DNA of 61,711 bases, the filler included. It is 4 parts of 4 records of this genome, joined end to end, with 100 filler letters (N's around TTAATTAATTAA, not from the genome) between each part and the next. Parts side by side here need not be neighbours in the genome. Positions count along the whole stretch, not along the records: positions 49,668 to 61,711 come from DRR723986_4804; 3 more parts are not named here. The stretch is one strand, 5' to 3'. Positions 61,084 to 61,711 of the stretch are shown here, piece by piece. How positions within the stretch are numbered: position 1 is the stretch's first letter; every line of letters starts with the position of its first letter. The translations under genes and the position numbers were made by a program. A model generated the notes under the pieces. That model was not told the DNA's origin. It did not search any database and worked only from the letters and a program-made list of their open reading frames with translations.

Positions 61084-61711
61084 TCAGAGCACCTGATCGA
61101 GCGCCTTTTCAAGGCGGGCGAGCGCTGCGGGCACATCGTAGAGCTTATCAAGGCCGAAGAGGCCCAGGCGGAAGGTCATGAAGCCTTCGGGCTCGTCGCA
61201 TTGCAGGGGCACGCCGGCTGCGATTTGCATGCCGAGGGCTGCAAATTTCTTGCCGTTTTGGATATCCGGGTCGGTGGTGTAGCTAACCACAACGCCTGGC
61301 GCGCCAAAGCCCGGGGCGGCCACCGAGCGGATGCCGCGCGCGGCCAGCATGGCGCGCACGCCATCGCCCAATTGCCATTGCGCGCGGCAAAGCGCCTCGA
61401 ACCCATAGGCGCGGGTTTCCAGCATAGTGTCGCGGAATGCGCGCAGCGCATCGGTGGGCATGGTGGCATGATAGGCATGGCCGCCCGCCTCGTAGCTGGC
61501 CATGATGGCGCGCCATTTTTTCAAATCGAGCGCAAAGCTGGTCGAGCTGGTGGTTTCCAGCCGATCTAGGGCGCGCTGCGACATCATCACCAGCCCGGCC
61601 GAGGGCGAGGCAGACCAGCCTTTTTGTGGCGCCGAGATCAACACATCGACCCCTGTTGCGGCCATATCGACCCAGGCACAGCCCGAGGCGATGCAATCGA
61701 GCACCATCAGC
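61084..61711 (-). CDS. class V PLP aminotransferase (serine-pyruvate/alanine-glyoxylate type), 5' truncated
   Basis: VLDCIASG, ISAPQKGW PLP-lysine motif, YHATMPT, FRLGLFG. Confidence 0.92.
   Translation of the reverse strand, partial: LMVLDCIASGCAWVDMAATGVDVLISAPQKGWSASPSAGLVMMSQRALDRLETTSSTSFALDLKKWRAIMASYEAGGHAYHATMPTDALRAFRDTMLETRAYGFEALCRAQWQLGDGVRAMLAARGIRSVAAPGFGAPGVVVSYTTDPDIQNGKKFAALGMQIAAGVPLQCDEPEGFMTFRLGLFGLDKLYDVPAALARLEKALDQVL

Noticed and set aside
1-61711. CRISPR arrays, IS elements, integrases, prophage or defence genes, rRNA
   Set aside because: No repeat-spacer periodicity, and no transposase, integrase, phage or defence motifs or rRNA-like sequence were seen.

Overview
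This window is four unrelated alphaproteobacterial contigs joined by 100-nt spacers (44 N + TTAATTAATTAA + 44 N, at 26622-26721, 36318-36417 and 49568-49667), so synteny across spacers is meaningless. Contig 1 (1-26621, Roseobacter-group-like) has usp, moaE-moaD-pgsA-uvrC, transporters, a group-2 Mrp/Pha antiporter operon, a Pot-like ABC system and a PPIase-hemerythrin-moeA tail typical of nar clusters. Contig 2 (26722-36317) has the Lhr-core helicase and pdeM split by a LysR-BCCT cassette, a LytTR/DUF2306 pair and fhs-folD-folD. Contig 3 (36418-49567, Hyphomonas/Caulobacterales-like) has half a tRNA-Arg, peptidases, ggt, tdk, hemW-rdgB, rph, fhs and hrcA-grpE. Contig 4 (49668-61711, another Rhodobacteraceae) has a che operon start, xth, carA, a GT2 synthase and ubiL. 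Most content is housekeeping. The best leads are: (i) a repeat-containing 65-aa peptide coupled to an unknown helical protein (RiPP-like pair); (ii) a non-coding element upstream of uvrC with E. coli DARS-like DnaA-box geometry plus IHF/Fis-like sites; (iii) a tandem FolD paralog with substituted cyclohydrolase and NADP-binding residues; (iv) clear FNR and CtrA boxes on poorly characterised genes. All family calls come from motif recognition; no database searches were run.
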